Source of the DNA: Centroscyllium fabricii
Taxonomy: Eukaryota
DNA: 64,000 nucleotides
NCBI GenBank assembly: GCA_051313645.2
Contig: JBNRSN020000034.1
Span: forward strand, 23,808,001 to 23,872,000
Reading direction: 5' to 3'
Shown here: in pieces, positions 13,914 to 27,772 of the stretch
How the letters are laid out: every line of letters starts with the position of its first letter
How positions within the stretch are numbered: the first letter of the stretch is position 1
Made by a program: the position numbers and the translations under genes
Notes under the pieces: model-generated
What the model was told of the DNA's origin: nothing
What the model saw: only the letters and a program-made list of their open reading frames with translations
Databases searched by the model: none

Positions 13914-14437
13914 CAAGTTCTTGTTGTTGTACTTGGAACTTTCCTGGTCTGTCAGGCTCAATATCAAAATGGGCAGTGCAAATTAAGCCATTGGGGAATG
14001 TTTGTGAATTAAACAAGAAATATAGAATGTAGGAATTATCATTTGTTGTTGTTGAAATAGTTGGGTTGGTGTCTCCTTGTTCAATAAAAAATATAAGGGG
14101 TAATTTCCCACTTATGGGCAGTATCAGTGAACCTCAGCCACTGCTAGTGTGCATCAAAAATCAAGGGTTTCAGAAAATGACCCCCGCTACAGTGTATGTC
14201 CCTGACTCAGGTACTGAGGTCTGGTCAGGTGCTGAGCGCAGGTAGGTCAGGCTTGTCCCCACAGGAGGGATGGAAAACTGCGCAGAAAAAGACGGGTTGT
14301 TTTAACTGACCTATGCGGTGAGGAAACCGATGGGATCGGGTCAGATGCCAGTTTTACAGCCCACCCGATTTTACTCTCCATCCTGCGTCAGGGCGGGTTA
14401 GACTAAAATGACCCAAATGCTTTAGCTCAGGCTGCTG

Positions 14438-14804
14438 TAGGGTTGCCAACTCTCCGCGATTCTACCTAGAGTCTCCAGGAATTGAAGAACAGTCTCCAGG
14501 GCACTGCTGCGAGCAACGCCAGGGGACAAATACATACGAGCATTAAAAAAATTGTTTTTATCTTTTCTTTCAACACTTCTGTTTATTGGTTATAAAAATA
14601 TTGGAGATGGTGAGAAAAGGCTGTTTGACTGACAGTTGAGTGTCATCCAATCGTGCAACGAATAGTCTTTTCGCTTTCCAATTGGCCGTGGTAAGGCAGT
14701 GGGGCCAGGAGGGTGGACGTGTCGGGCGACCAATGGCGAGAGCATGGGGGTGGCTCATGAGATGAGACCTTCAGGAATATATTCAACCAGAGTTGGCAAA
14801 CCTA
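14438..14804. mobile_element. hAT-type MITE, same family as 1110-1398
   Basis: TAGGGTTGCCAAC...GTTGGCAAACCTA; degenerate 8-bp TSD ggctgctg/tgctgccg. Confidence 0.78.
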
Positions 14805-16153
14805 TGCTGCCGTGAATTTGTAAAAGTGGCTGGAGACAGAGCAGGAGTGAGAAAGCAAGCCCCTATCCACCACCTCGGTGCGGGAGATGGGAGGCATGCA
14901 CCATAACGTCAAGTCAACGTGTTCTTTCAAAGCAGTGCATCCCTCTGCTTTATAAATAGACTACATGATGGAGGGTTTCGTGGACAGACACCAGTGTGTC
15001 AGCAATAAGAAGTTTGTTTAATATATATATTCCTTCCTGTCCTAGGATAGCCGCCACTTCCTCTTGTCTCTAGACTTCCTCTTCTTCCTTCAGCGGGCAG
15101 GGCAGGGCAGTGGAGGGGGGCAGCCTGTGAATTTCTCAGGGTCGACTGTCAGTACCGCACTGCGATTACCCAATAGGAACTGTGCCCGTGAGGCCCGCTA
15201 CTGGTCCTGCAAGCACTGCCTTTCCTGCTGAGTTGGGACATTTGGCTGACGCGCGCCGCAGCACTCACCCACGTTCAGCGTGGTAAGTGGTAAAAGGCAC
15301 AGAGCGAGGGAAGGGCAATCTGGTCAGGAGATCGGCCTGAAAGAGCCCCATTTCACTGAGTGTGCATGAATATTTGAACAGATAGCGAACAGAATGAGTG
15401 GGCTAACTTTTACAGCCTTTCCTCTCACTTTCTATCCCCTTACTGTGAAGGAACTGACCCTTGCTGGGCCATGGTTCAATTGACACCACCAGCCTGGCTC
15501 AACCACAACAGACTGGGCAATTCGACCACAGAGGGCGTCACCGCTCACTTCCATCCTGTCCCGACCTGAGTCAGCGCATGTATTCTGGATGTCGATAAAA
15601 CGACAGGAACTTTTCCCCTTCCTAGCCCATGGGTGTTGGGGCCTATCTGTAGGCCCCCCCTGCTGCTCCTGTTGTGATCGGCTGACTAGGCTCAAACTGG
15701 GGATCAAGCCTGAGACCCGCTGGTCTGCACGGTTCAAAGCGACATCAGGGAGTGCCTTTAATCACCAGGCCATCAGAATAGCCACATCTCATTCTTTAAA
15801 AGGAAAGTATTCTGGTACCAGGCAAGGGACTAAGTGGGTACAGCACGGAAATCAAGACACCACTGTGTGGAAACCAATGCTTTATTACTCAGACTACTAG
15901 TGTGCCAGCAATAAACGTGATACATTGTTATCAGCTGAAAGCAGGTCCTTTAAACTAAAAGCCATATGATTCATATTGGGCTGAACAGAAAAGAGCAATG
16001 GGTTACAGACATATTTTCAGTGGCCCTGAGGAGGAATGCATCTAACAACGTTAAGTAAAATAAGATGAATATGCTCCACCAACAGTTTAGTCTGTAAGAC
16101 ACTCAGGAACAGAGCAATACAGAACAGGAAGACCCCAAGCTTTATCCCCACAC

Positions 16154-17036
16154 TTGTACCCACCAGTCTCAGACCTGTACCCACCAGAGTTAGACCTGTA
16201 CCCGCCTGTGTCAGACCTGTACCCACCAGTGTCAGACCTGCACCCACCAGTGTCAGACCTGTACCCACCAGTGTCAGACCGGCACCCACCAGTCTCAGAC
16301 CTGTACCCACCAGAGTTAGACCTGTACCCACCTGTGTCAGACCTGTACCCACCAGTGTCAGACCTGCACCCACCAGTGTCAGACCTGTACCCACCAGTGT
16401 CAGACCTGTACCCACCAGTGCCAGACCTGTACCCACCAGTGTCAGACCTGTACCCACCAGTGTCAGACCTGTACCCACCAGTGTCAGACCTGTACCCACC
16501 AGTGCCAGACCTGTACCCACCAGTGTCAGACCTGTACCCACCAGTGCCAGACCCGTACCCACCAGTGTCAGACCTGTACCCACCAGTGTCAGACCTGCAC
16601 CCACCAGTGCCAGACCTGCACCCACCAGTGTCAGGCCTGTACCCACCAGTGTCAGACCTGTACCCACCAGTGTCAGACCTGTACCCACCAGTGTCAGACC
16701 TGTACCCACCAGTGTCAGACCTGTACCCACCAGTGCCAGACCTGCACCCACCAGTGTCAGGCCTGTACCCACCAGTGCCAGGCCTGTACCCACCAGTGCC
16801 AGGCCTGTACCCACCAGTGCCAGACCTGTACCCACCAGTGCCAGGCCTGTACCCACCAGTACCAGGCCTGTACCCACCAGTGTCAGACCTGTACCCACCA
16901 GTGTCAGACCTGTACCCACCAGTGCTAGACCTGTACCCACCAGTGTCAGACCTGTACCCACCAGTGTCAGACCTGTACCCACCAGTGCCAGACCTGTACC
17001 CACCAGTGCCAGGCCTGTACCCACCAGTGTCAGACT
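16154..17036. repeat. 21-bp minisatellite (gacctgtacccaccagtgtca)n, about 42 units
   Basis: Directly visible tandem array. Confidence 0.97.
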
Positions 17037-17109
17037 CGTACTTCACTCACAGTTCAAAATGCTCTGTGAACCCACAACCTGAGCTTGGAAGGGCAGTGCC
17101 AGGAATTGG

Positions 17110-18090
17110 GAACACAGGAACATAGGAACAAGTGTAGGCCATTCAGCCCCTCGAGTCTGTTCTGCCATTCAATGAGATCATGGCTGATCTGTAACCTAAG
17201 TCCATGGGGGAAAAATTCAGTTGCTTGTGCCACCCGTTAGTGCCCTAAGAGGGCTGCTAAGGGGGCGCAAGCCTGGGCTGGCGCCTCCCGCGGTATTCAG
17301 TGGGGCACTGGCGGGGTCGGTAACCGGTAGTGTCGTGCTGCCGGTGATAACATCATCACCGTGCGTAGTGCCCCACTCGCGCCCTGGCCGCGAACTTCAG
17401 TCGTGCCTGCTGCCGTACTGCCTGACGCTGTCACCGACAGGATCAGGGGAGCGTACTTGCAGCACGGAGAGCGATAGTTAAAGGGAGGGATGCCGGGCAG
17501 CCATTTTTATTGCTGGCTGACTGCCAGCACCTGCCCCCTCTGCCTTCCCCGATGCCCCCGCCCCCCGCGAGTGCTGGCTGTGCTCCGTGAGCCTGGCACT
17601 TCCCTCGAGTGCCAGGCTCCTTTGGCGGCATTGCGATCCCGGCGGCCCAACTGGGCTCCGGCCCGAGCCGCGCTAGGCCACTCCCCTTTAATCAGGGGAG
17701 GAAGGCCTGCAGTACCGCGGCACGGCACTCTGCAGAGCGTGGCGCAGCGACCCACAGCACCCGGAATTGAGTGGTAGCGCCTAAAGAATGAGGTGGACTG
17801 CCTGCAGTAGCGCCCCACCTCCTACTTGGGGTGCTAAAACCCAATTTCCGGAGGAGCGGCGCGAATGTTATCTGGGCGCTAAAAGTAGCGCACCGCCGAG
17901 TTTAGCGCCCCAAATGGGGTGCAACCGAACTTTTCCCCCCATATTCCTGCCTTTGCCCCATATCCCTTAATACCTTCAGTTAACAGAAATCTATCAATCT
18001 CCGATTTAAAATTAACAATTGATCTAGCATCAATGGCAGTTTGTGGAAGAGAGTTCCAAACTTCTACCACCCTTTGCGTGTAGAATTGTG
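17110..18090 (-). mobile_element. CR1 3' fragment split by a MITE
   Basis: (ggaacata)-type tail at about 17110-17130; host sequence resumes at 17940 (FYTQRVVEVWNSLP on the minus strand). Confidence 0.8.
17206..17939. mobile_element. GC/CpG-rich non-autonomous DNA transposon (PIF/Harbinger-like MITE)
   Basis: 19-bp TIRs GGGGGAAAAATTCAGTTGC / GCAACCGAACTTTTCCCCC (17/19 match); 3-bp TSD CAT. Confidence 0.8.
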
Positions 18091-19159
18091 TCGCTGGGCA
18101 TTTTTCACAGTACAAGTGGACAGGGCATTAAATGTTGTTCTCCCACCATGACACTTGACTGAAATCGCAGTGACAACACTGCAAAAATGTTTTCCACAAG
18201 GGGAGAAATGTGAAAATTCGAACTGATAATAAGAACCTTTCCAGAATTTAATTTGCAAATCCACTTGAGATACACTGTCACAGTTGCTGAGGAGTCCCTT
18301 CAGGGTGCTACAATCAGTATGTGTGTAACACTTAATTTAACAGCCCGATCAGTATCAGGGGACCCCGTGATCGATATCAGCCAGGCTAAGACACTCCTTA
18401 TCAGTCTTTATACAGCTTGCGCTGCCAGATAAACAAGCCCTTATCAGGTACAAATTTAAGCATAATTAAATTTAAATTGAAAACTTGCCTGCTGTTCAAC
18501 CTTTCCAATCCCCACTATAGCCAAGTTTAACCCTGCGGGGACACTGTTCCTTCTCCCCCCCTCGCCCATTCTGAAGCTGCTCCTCACTCCTGCTGGGGTA
18601 CAGTTCCACAAGGGCCAGCAGCCCTCTGGTGTCTCGCTCAAGTGCCCAGTCTTCCATGTGCCAGTCCGGACAGTGAGCATTGGTAGCCTCTATTCAATCG
18701 TAAAGAGTATCACAGCAAATCCCTGTCCTTACCCCGCATCCAGTAACACTGGGGTCGCTCGATGGAATTTCAAGTAGGGGCCTTAACCGGATTTTCTTTC
18801 CCTCCCTAACCCAGGGCTGCTGAGGCCAATTGTGTGGAACCTATCCCATTCTGGCTGAGGCAACCAAACCCAATACAGACCAGGAATCAAAGTTGGGATC
18901 TTTCTAATCTGTATGGCTTGGTACCACATCAAGCACTGCAGTTACACAATAGGCCACTGGGGGAGCTAGCGGGACATTTCTCTGCAAGTCCTGCACTTGC
19001 CAAGCAGTTGACTCTCCCTTCCCAGAGACTCCAGGGGCTGGGCAGTACAGCGCAGCGTATTACCGCCCCCCTTTATATCACTTGGAACTGATGATGCCAT
19101 CTCCTAACTTTAGCAGCAGCAGTGTTAATGTCTCCAGAGGGTCAGGGAGGCACCTAAAG

Positions 19160-19521
19160 ATAGCAATCTCTGCTTGGACATATTCCTGGAGGTTCCATCA
19201 GATGACCTCTCACCTCCAATTGCCCCACCCCCCACATTCCTGTCCTTGGTTGCCCAACATGCCCATCTTCACCTTCCCACGCCAATCAGAATGGAAGCTG
19301 ACACTTTGTTACCTGATTGGATGATTCTTGATTGTCAATCAACCCCGTTTCCAATATTTTTATAACTAATAGACAAAAGTGTTCCAAGAAAATTAAAAAA
19401 AAAACACTAATGTCATAATGCCCGTATAATTTTTCTCCTGGGTTTGCTCGCAGCAGTGTCCTGGAGATTAATCTTTAATTCCTGGAGACTTGAGGGCAAT
19501 CCTGGAGGGTTAGCAACCCTA
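19160..19521. mobile_element. hAT-type MITE, opposite orientation to 1110-1398
   Basis: Ends ...ggagggttagcaacccta; body is the reverse complement of the 1110 and 14438 copies. Confidence 0.7.
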
Positions 19522-19539
19522 ACATGGACTCTTGCACAG

Positions 19540-19731
19540 NNNNNNNNNNNNNNNNNNNNNNNNNNNNNNNNNNNNNNNNNNNNNNNNNNNNNNNNNNNNN
19601 NNNNNNNNNNNNNNNNNNNNNNNNNNNNNNNNNNNNNNNNNNNNNNNNNNNNNNNNNNNNNNNNNNNNNNNNNNNNNNNNNNNNNNNNNNNNNNNNNNNN
19701 NNNNNNNNNNNNNNNNNNNNNNNNNNNNNNN
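19540..19731. other. Assembly gap (N run)
   Basis: Run of N. Confidence 1.
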
Positions 19732-20660
19732 ACATACACCACACACAGACACACACCACACACACAGACATGCACCACACACACACACACATACACCACA
19801 CACAGACATGCACCACACACAGACATGCACCGCACACACACAGACATGCACCACACGCAGACACACACACACACAGGTATACACCACGCACAGACATACA
19901 CCACACACACAGATATACACCACACACAGACATACACCACACACAGACATGCACCACACACAGACATGCACCACACACACAGACATGCACCACACGCAGA
20001 CACACACATGTATACACCACACACAGACATACACCACACACAGACATACACCCCACACAGACATGCACCACACACACAGATACACACCACACACCATACA
20101 CCACATACAGACATGCACACCACACAGACATACTCACACGGACATACACCACACACACAGACATACACCACACACAGAGACATACACCACACACACAGAC
20201 GTACACTACACACACGCACACACACACCACACACACATACCACACACATACACCACGCACACACCACACACACACACACAGACATACACCACACACACCC
20301 AAACACAGGGACACGCACACATACACACAGAAACCACACACACGCACAGACATACACTGCATACAGGGACACCCACACATACACACAGAAACCACACACA
20401 GACATACACTGCACACAAACACACACAGGGACACCCACACACACAGAAACCATGCACACACACAGACATACACTGCACACAAACACACACAGGGACATAC
20501 ACACATAAACCACACACATACACCACACACAGACATACACCACACACATACACACAGACATACACTGCATGCAAACACACACAGACACACACACAGAAAC
20601 CATGCACATACACGCACGGACGCATGTGTGAGCACCCATACATGGAAACACACGAACATA
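19732..20660. repeat. Degenerate CA-rich microsatellite/minisatellite
   Basis: (CA)n with recurring acagacatacacc/acagacatgcacc subunits; abuts the gap. Confidence 0.95.
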
Positions 20661-22228
20661 CGAAATTGAGGGCCAGGAATAGACCAGATGGTCCATCAAG
20701 CCTGCCCCACACTCATGACGGAAGGAGCATTGTGACTAAACACGTCTTGCCTCCCCCGCAGCCATGTAATCTCCTGGAAGTGTTCGCACACAGTGCTGTA
20801 TCTGTCTTATTTAGTGTAGCCATGGTGAAGAGCTCGGCATGGTTTTCATCACAAGTGAAGCTGTGATGTGTTTCGATGCAATTTACAGCATCATGCTGAG
20901 CACTTCGAAACAGAACAAGGTTTGCCAAACACATTTTTCATGAAGGCGTTGCTCTTTTAAGAGTCGTAAGGGAATTATGTCTCAGGGTAATCTTGCATTG
21001 CGTATTCTGCCGTCCTGGAATGAATCCCGTGTTCACGGTGACCCAGCAAGAAACTGGCTGCATAAATCCAGCAGAATTACACACGCCTTTAAGGCTGGCT
21101 TCTCAGTCTACCCTCGTAGACAGCAATTTCCCTGTCACTGGCCTTTATAGACATCGCCCAGCCATCGGGGAGGTCCTGACAGGTAAAAATGAATTAAAAA
21201 TGGAAATCACGCTCACTACTTTCAAACAAACACGCATGATTTTGCCTCATCAGTGACCTTGGGGAACCTGCCCTGAAATTATAAAAGGGGCAAATTACGC
21301 AGGATGATGGCCTGCAGCTCACTACAGAAACACGCCAAGGAAGAGTTCTGTAATACTAACTCAATTATTAGTTGCCATACCTCAAGAAGTGAGGAAGCCC
21401 GAGAGCCATCTAGAAATCAGTGTTATATTGACTGTAAAATGATTCAATTTTTCTGTGGCATTAAGTGTGCGTAAAAATGTGCTTTAAATGATAATAGTTT
21501 ACCGACTGAACAATACTTACCAACAGAGACAATTAGGGGAATGTGTAAATAATCAGCACTTCTGCCCAATCTAATGAAAAACAAGCTCTACTTTGCATAA
21601 ATCTTATTTCTGAGTCAAAGCCAATAAAGGATTGAGAGCATTTAGAGGCTTGAGTCCCATGGTGTTATACTCTGAAACCCTTCCAGGATCCACGGGGTTA
21701 AAGAGGTCATCTTTAATATAAATAATACGAAATCAGATCTAACCCCTTGCTGCTTATGCTGGGGATATTGAGCCATTCAAGTTTCCCTTTTGTTAACATA
21801 TGGCGCTGGGTGGGCCCCAGGCTTAAGAACAAGAGGTGAATTTCGCCAGTCTGAGGTTTACAGGAACGGCCAGAGGGTGTCATTCAAATGGAAATTGCTG
21901 CCATATGTCTGCCTCCTTCGGCCTAGGGGGTGGCCAACAAGATTGAGAGAGACAAACAGAAATACAGGGAGAGCAAAAGCGAGAGAGGGACAGAAACACA
22001 GAGAGAGGGCAAGAGACAGGGAGAGAAATAGAGCAAGAGTAAAAGAGCGAGGGGAGAAACACAGAGCAAAAGAAAGAGAGATAGGCATAGGAACAGAAAT
22101 AGAGAGAGAATGATTGAAAGAAAATAGATAAAGAAAAGGAAAGATAGAAATGCTGAGAGAAAAAGAGTAATACAATAACGAGAAATAGAACGATAAAGGG
22201 TCAGCGAGAAATAGAGAGAAGGGAACTT

Positions 22229-22538
22229 GGGCGGCACGGTGGCATAGTGGTTAGCACTGTTGCCTCACAGCGCTAGGGGCTCGGGTTCAATCTAGCCTCG
22301 GGTGACTAGCTGTGTGGAGTTTGCACATTCTCCCCGTGTCTGCGTGGGTTTCCTCCGGGTGCTCCGGTTTCCTCCCACAGTCCAAAGATGTGCGGGTTAG
22401 GTTGATTGGCCATGATAAATTGACCCTTAGTGTTAGGGGGATTGAATATGTGGGGTTACGGGGATAGGGTGGGATATGTGTCGGTGCAGGCTCGATGGGC
22501 CGAAATGGCCTCTATCTGCACTGTAGGGATTCTATGAT
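22229..22538 (+). mobile_element. V-SINE (HE1-like), near-identical to 1565-1882
   Basis: Same head, V-domain and GATTCTATGA tail. Confidence 0.88.
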
Positions 22539-22974
22539 GCTATTAGCCACTTCTGGATTTCCAATCAGCCGCACATGGCTAGTGGCTAATATATTGGTCA
22601 GCACAGGGTTAAATAACTTAATTTGGATTCCAAAATTAATACTAACGCTGGGATATGCTTCCACAGGTGCTGTCAAATCCCTCAAACTTCTCCTAAGTTA
22701 ATGTTCTTCGTAGAAGTATCTACGACAGTAAACGCCAACAGGCTACCCAACTGGGGATGGACATTGCACCAGAGCCTGTGCTGTCTACTCAGACACACTC
22801 GACAGCAGGGATCACAAGATAGTGATCACGGCCGGGGACTGTGGCTGGCTTTACTTTCTCCAGCCAGTGGTGCAGACGCCAATTACAGCACCCCTACTTC
22901 CATCTAGGCCCAGGTCAGCTAACTCAGGAGACGAACCTGGGACCCGCCTGACTCACCCAGCTCAGCACCGCATC

Positions 22975-23485
22975 ATAAGAACATAAGACGTAGGAGCAGG
23001 AGTAGGTCATTTGGCCCCTGGAGCCTGCTCCGCCATTCAATAAGATCATGGCTGATCTGATCTTTGCCCCTGTGCCACTTCCCTGCCTGCTCCCCATAAC
23101 CCTTGACTCCCTTACCATTCAAAAATCTGTCTGTCTCCACCTTAAATATATTCAATGACCCAGCCTCCACAGCTCTCTGGGGAAGAGAATTCCAAAGATT
23201 CATGACCCTCTGAGAGAAGAAATTCCTCCTCATTTCCATTTTAAATGGGTGCCCCCTTATGCTGAAATGATGTCCCCTAGTTCTAGATTCCCCCATGAAG
23301 GGAAAATCCTCTCTGCATCTACCCTGTCAAGCCCTTTCAGAATCTTACATGTTTCAATAAGATCCCCTTTCATTCTTCTAAACTCCAATGAGTATAGGCC
23401 CAACCTGCTCAACCTTTCTTCATAAGAGAAACCCTTCACCTCCGGAATCAACCGAGTGAACCTTCTCTGAACGGCCTCCAATGTA
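22975..23485 (-). mobile_element. CR1 LINE 3' fragment
   Basis: LEAVQRRFTRLIPE...YEERLSRLGLYSLEFRRMKGDLIE, RNFFSQRV.NLWNSLP; frameshifted. Confidence 0.9.
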
Positions 23486-24792
23486 AGTATCACATGATGC
23501 CCCTGGGGGAGCCTTAAATTGGAAGCTGAGTAACTCAACTGAAACTGGGTGACGGGCCTGGCTGGCACTACTGACTTCCCGCAACCAAGTTGGATATTAT
23601 GGCTGAGCCTAATTCACTATTTATGCACCCATTCTAGAGATTCAGAGTCACAAATTACGCCATCACTCACAAGACATCAAAACAATTGCTAACACCGGTG
23701 CTATCTGGGGTTCCTCATATGACAGAGAGTCATTCTGCACTGTGTGCCTTGTTTGCTGTTAAGGGGACAGTGAGCATTATAAAGTTACATCCAACTAAAG
23801 CTCCAAGTGTTTCTTGTTAGTGCAATTCTAGTCATTGTTTCTGCATGTAACACCAGCATTTACATTTTTAGTTAAGCTCTCCCGAAGGCTCACTTTGAAA
23901 CTGCACTGCCAAATGTCTACACTAAGTTAGTTGATCTGAGCTGGCACAGCAGTAAGGATGCTTATGTTGACATCAGTGCCTCTGGGCTAGGATGGATTGC
24001 TGTGGGGGGGGGGGGGGGGGGGGGTGCGGTGGAGGGATAAAAATCCGCCAGGTTTCTTGCTCCTGATTGCTATCCAGTGATTCCTGTGGATGTCAGATGA
24101 AGACAAGATCGGGTTTAGCCAATGTTCCCACTACAGTCAAATAACCTTCTGACACACGAGTCTATGCTTACACGTGAAGAACAACCATTCTGGGTGAAGG
24201 GCATGAGGCCGGTACACCTGTGGAACCATATTCTGGCAGTCAACAACTTCAGGAAAAGAGAGGAGAAATTTGTTGGGGGTGGGGGGTGGGATGGCGGAAC
24301 AAAGGAGGTAAATACTGTTACAGTTAAGCACTCACAACAAACATGTCAAGTGCAATCATTCCCCTCCAAAAAAATTATATGGGGTAGGAGCAGGGGTGTG
24401 GACCTAACTGAATAGCTCTTTCAGAGAGATGGCACAGGCACAATGGGCCGAATGGCCTCCTTCTGTGCTGTATCATGCTATGCTGTAAAACAATCCATTG
24501 AATACTTATGGAAATAATGTAATGGACGGGCTCTGGTGCGCTCCTCAATATGTATAACCCTTTCAACATTAGCGGCTCAGTGTCCAGTCTGCTTTCATCC
24601 CAGGTCTTTTCCCTTCCTATGCCACAATTGATGCTGAATTTTCTGCTATGTTTCGGAAAACAGTTGATAAGAGACAGGGTTAATGAAAAACAGAGCGTGA
24701 GAATAAGTGAGAGAGAGAGAGCTGAAAGCAGGTCGGACTCAGAAACCAATGATTATTGTTAAATTGCCAATATGTGCATTTCCTTCACGTAC

Positions 24793-24923
24793 CTCACTCC
24801 AGACCAGCATGGTGCCGAATATGACTTGTAATCCATCAAAGAAATTATCTCCGATGATGATGACAGTGGCTCCTCCGGTAGTCCAGCCCTCGCTGGGACT
24901 GATGGCTTTGATGCAAGGGGTGG
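24793..24923 (-). CDS. EBF1: EBF1 internal coding exon, start of IPT/TIG domain (equivalent to human exon 9)
   Basis: Minus strand reads tttgttcctcaacAG|CC ACC CCT TGC...TGG AGT GAG|GTacgt. 131 nt, translating (A)[48 protein letters not shown] matches EBF1 as I recall it (EBF3 has QVVFG). Confidence 0.96.
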
Positions 24924-25937
24924 CTGTTGAGGAACAAAAAAAAGGGAAATCAAATCAAGTGTAAAAAAAAGTCAGGGAGCTTTTCACCAATTCCTAAGTC
25001 AATGTTCATGAGAAAGAGAAGTACAGCACTCTGATGATGTGAGAAATCCTAGCAGGGTTTAGTTAGGAAGCTTTGGTGACTCTCTGTATCTGAGGTAATG
25101 GGTTTAAATGCTTAACTCTTGTCCAAACAAAAGTCATGAATTAACATTAATTCCACGTTCAGTGGAATTTCCATCAGAAAGCCAAGATGAACTGATGCCC
25201 TCCACAGCAAACGTAATAAATAATAAATATTGTATTACTGTGAATATGTAATTGCAACCCTGAGGACGTGGTCGTTACTGGGCTCAAAACCAATTTGGAG
25301 TATGATTCAGAGGAACTCTCTTATTCTTAAATGGGCTACAACATCCAGGGGGCTGGAACCAAACCCAGGGAAGAGGGCAGGATGGAAAGTTATAAATACC
25401 CGAGAGAGTGAGATCAAGAAGAGCTGGTGAGGAGCGGTGTTTGTGTAAGGTGAGCGATCCACAGCTGCACTGAGCAAGGTGATCTCAGTGCTGTCAGTAT
25501 CAGGGAGAGTTACCCTGGACTGAGATGGGGGGGAGAGGGATAGTCAGCCAGTACTCCCTCCCCTGAGCGCTATGGGATGACCCTTGCTGGAGAGAGTGCG
25601 CGTGTGGACAGTGGTCCACTGTGAATTTGGATTTGGCTCTGACGCTCTCCCACGGTCGAGTTGCCTGGTGCATTTATCAAGCGAGATAACCTATATGCTG
25701 GGAGAGGAATGAGAGGACGGATAGTGCCTGTGGAACCATTACTCTGCCATTGCTGCCGTCCTCAGCATTGAAGGGGAGAAGAATATGTAGGACAGCACCT
25801 AAGTGAGGTGCAGAAAAGTTTACAAAGAAAATATGAGAATTTCAGAATTAAAAGGAGGTGTGAAGCCAGTTTTCTGTTGGCAATTATATTCCATCCAGGT
25901 CCATGAGAGCAATATGTCCGCTCTGCTCTCTCGCTCT

Positions 25938-26325
25938 TCCACTTGGATTGCCGAGCCCCGGTGCCCACTTCGATTGCCGAGCCCCGGTGCCCACTTCGAT
26001 TGTCGAGCCCCGGTACCCACTTGGATTGCCAAGACCCAGTGCTAACTTGGATTGCCGAGCCTCGGTGCCCACTTAGATTGCCAAGACCCAGTGCAAACCT
26101 GGATTGCCGAATCCAGGTGCCCACTTGGATTGCCAAGACCCAGTGCAAACCTGGATTGCCGAACCCAGGTGCCCACTTGGATTGCCAAGACCCAGTGCAA
26201 ACCTGGACTGCTGAGCCCAGGTGCCCACTTGGATTGCTGAGCCTCAGTGCCCACTTGGATTGCCGAGCCCAGGTGCCCACTTGGATTGCCGAGCCCTGGT
26301 GCCCACGTAGATTGCCGAGCTCCGG
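25938..26325. repeat. About 26-bp minisatellite (cccacttggattgccgagccccggtg)n, about 15 units with alternating variants
   Basis: Directly visible tandem array. Confidence 0.92.
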
Positions 26326-27349
26326 TCTCTGTCGGCATAATAGGCTCTGCCTTTATATGGTTCAAATGTGTGCGACCAGCTCTGTGTATTTACCAGCTCC
26401 CTTTTCCTGCTGGTGGGATTGTAGAACCATGATCTAGTGGGTCTACAATTCCCACGGTTCCTAGAACCAGGGGCTTGTTCACACTGTGGAGTCAATGCGG
26501 GGAGGACCAGATTGGCTGCACTCAGATATGATTTTCATCAAGTGAAGTATCAGTGAGGCAATAACAGCCCTTATACTGCATGAGACCTGGTTCCCAATTG
26601 GCTGTGGCTGGGAGGACCTGGGGGGAGGCGACGGGGGAGGGAGGAGTGTTGGGGGGTGGAGCATGGTGGGTGGGAGTGGGAGGGACTTTCACCTTACCCA
26701 CCCGGTGTAAAACAGACACAATTAGATCAGCCGCCCATTTTACACGCCAGCCTGATTTTGACTTCCAGAGGCGTCAATGAACAATAAATTCGGGTAGCGT
26801 GCCAAGCTAGCAGTCAGTTTCCCACCAGGCGGGCCAGGTTAACATTAACCCCCGCCTCACCCTGCACCCCCTCCCCATTTATAATGGATCTTCCTGCCCA
26901 CCGGCTGCAGCGAATCTGCCAAATTCACTTTGACGTGAGGCTCGACCATCGGGAACTAGTGGCTCGAAGACGAGTCCTGCGCATGACAACATAAGTCCAT
27001 GGGGCGTTTCGCTGTTATTTATGTCACTGTGCCGTGCCTTTGTGACCACACTGGAAATGTTTTGGCAAACACCTATTCATGTAGGCAGTGCCCCTTGAAC
27101 TGGTAAACGGAAGTTAGTGCAGACTCAGGCAGGTGCTTTAATCTTATGAACAAATGGCCGCTATTAAACAGGCATGAACTAGGTGATCGAAGCTGCTTTT
27201 ATGTTACTTTAGCAGCACACTGGCACTGCCAGCTCCTGGCACGTGGGTCTCACATGTCAAAGTATACCTAATGAATTTACACAGGACAGAGAAGGGGAAA
27301 ACCTGTTTTTTTATCAAGTCGTCCCTTCCGCTGGCCTTAACAAATAAGA

Positions 27350-27772
27350 AAGGAAGACTTGTATTTCTATGACACTTTTCATGGCCTCAGGATGTCCCAA
27401 ACGCATCACAGCCATTGAAGTACTTTTTGAAGTGGAGTCACCATTGCAATGTGGGAAACACGGCAGCCAATTTGCGTACAGCAAGGTCCCACAAAACGGC
27501 AATGTGATAATGAGCAGATGATCTGTTTTAGTGATGTTGGTTGAGGGATAAATATTGACCAGGGCACTGGCAAGAACTCCCCTGCTCTTCTTCGAAATAG
27601 TGCCATGGGAATCATTTATATACACCTGAGAAGGCAGATGGGGTTTGACGTCTCACTCAAAAGACGGGAGTGACAGCCTGGATTATGTGCTCAAGTCTCT
27701 GGAGTGTGACTTGAACCTACAACTTTCTGACTCAGAGGTGAGAGGGTGCTACCCACTGAGCCACGGCTGACC
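27350..27772 (-). mobile_element. tRNA-headed Deu-domain SINE (SacSINE1-like) with L2-type tail
   Basis: Reverse complement of the 57541 copy; head gtcagccgtggctcagtgggtagcacc. Confidence 0.8.

Noticed and set aside
16017-17125. 320-335 aa ORFs (GGYRSDT / LYPPVSD / GTGLTLV repeats)
   Set aside because: A stop-free 21-bp minisatellite open in several frames on both strands; no supporting gene structure.
19413-20866. Long His/Thr and Cys/Val ORFs
   Set aside because: Translations of CA repeats running through an N gap.
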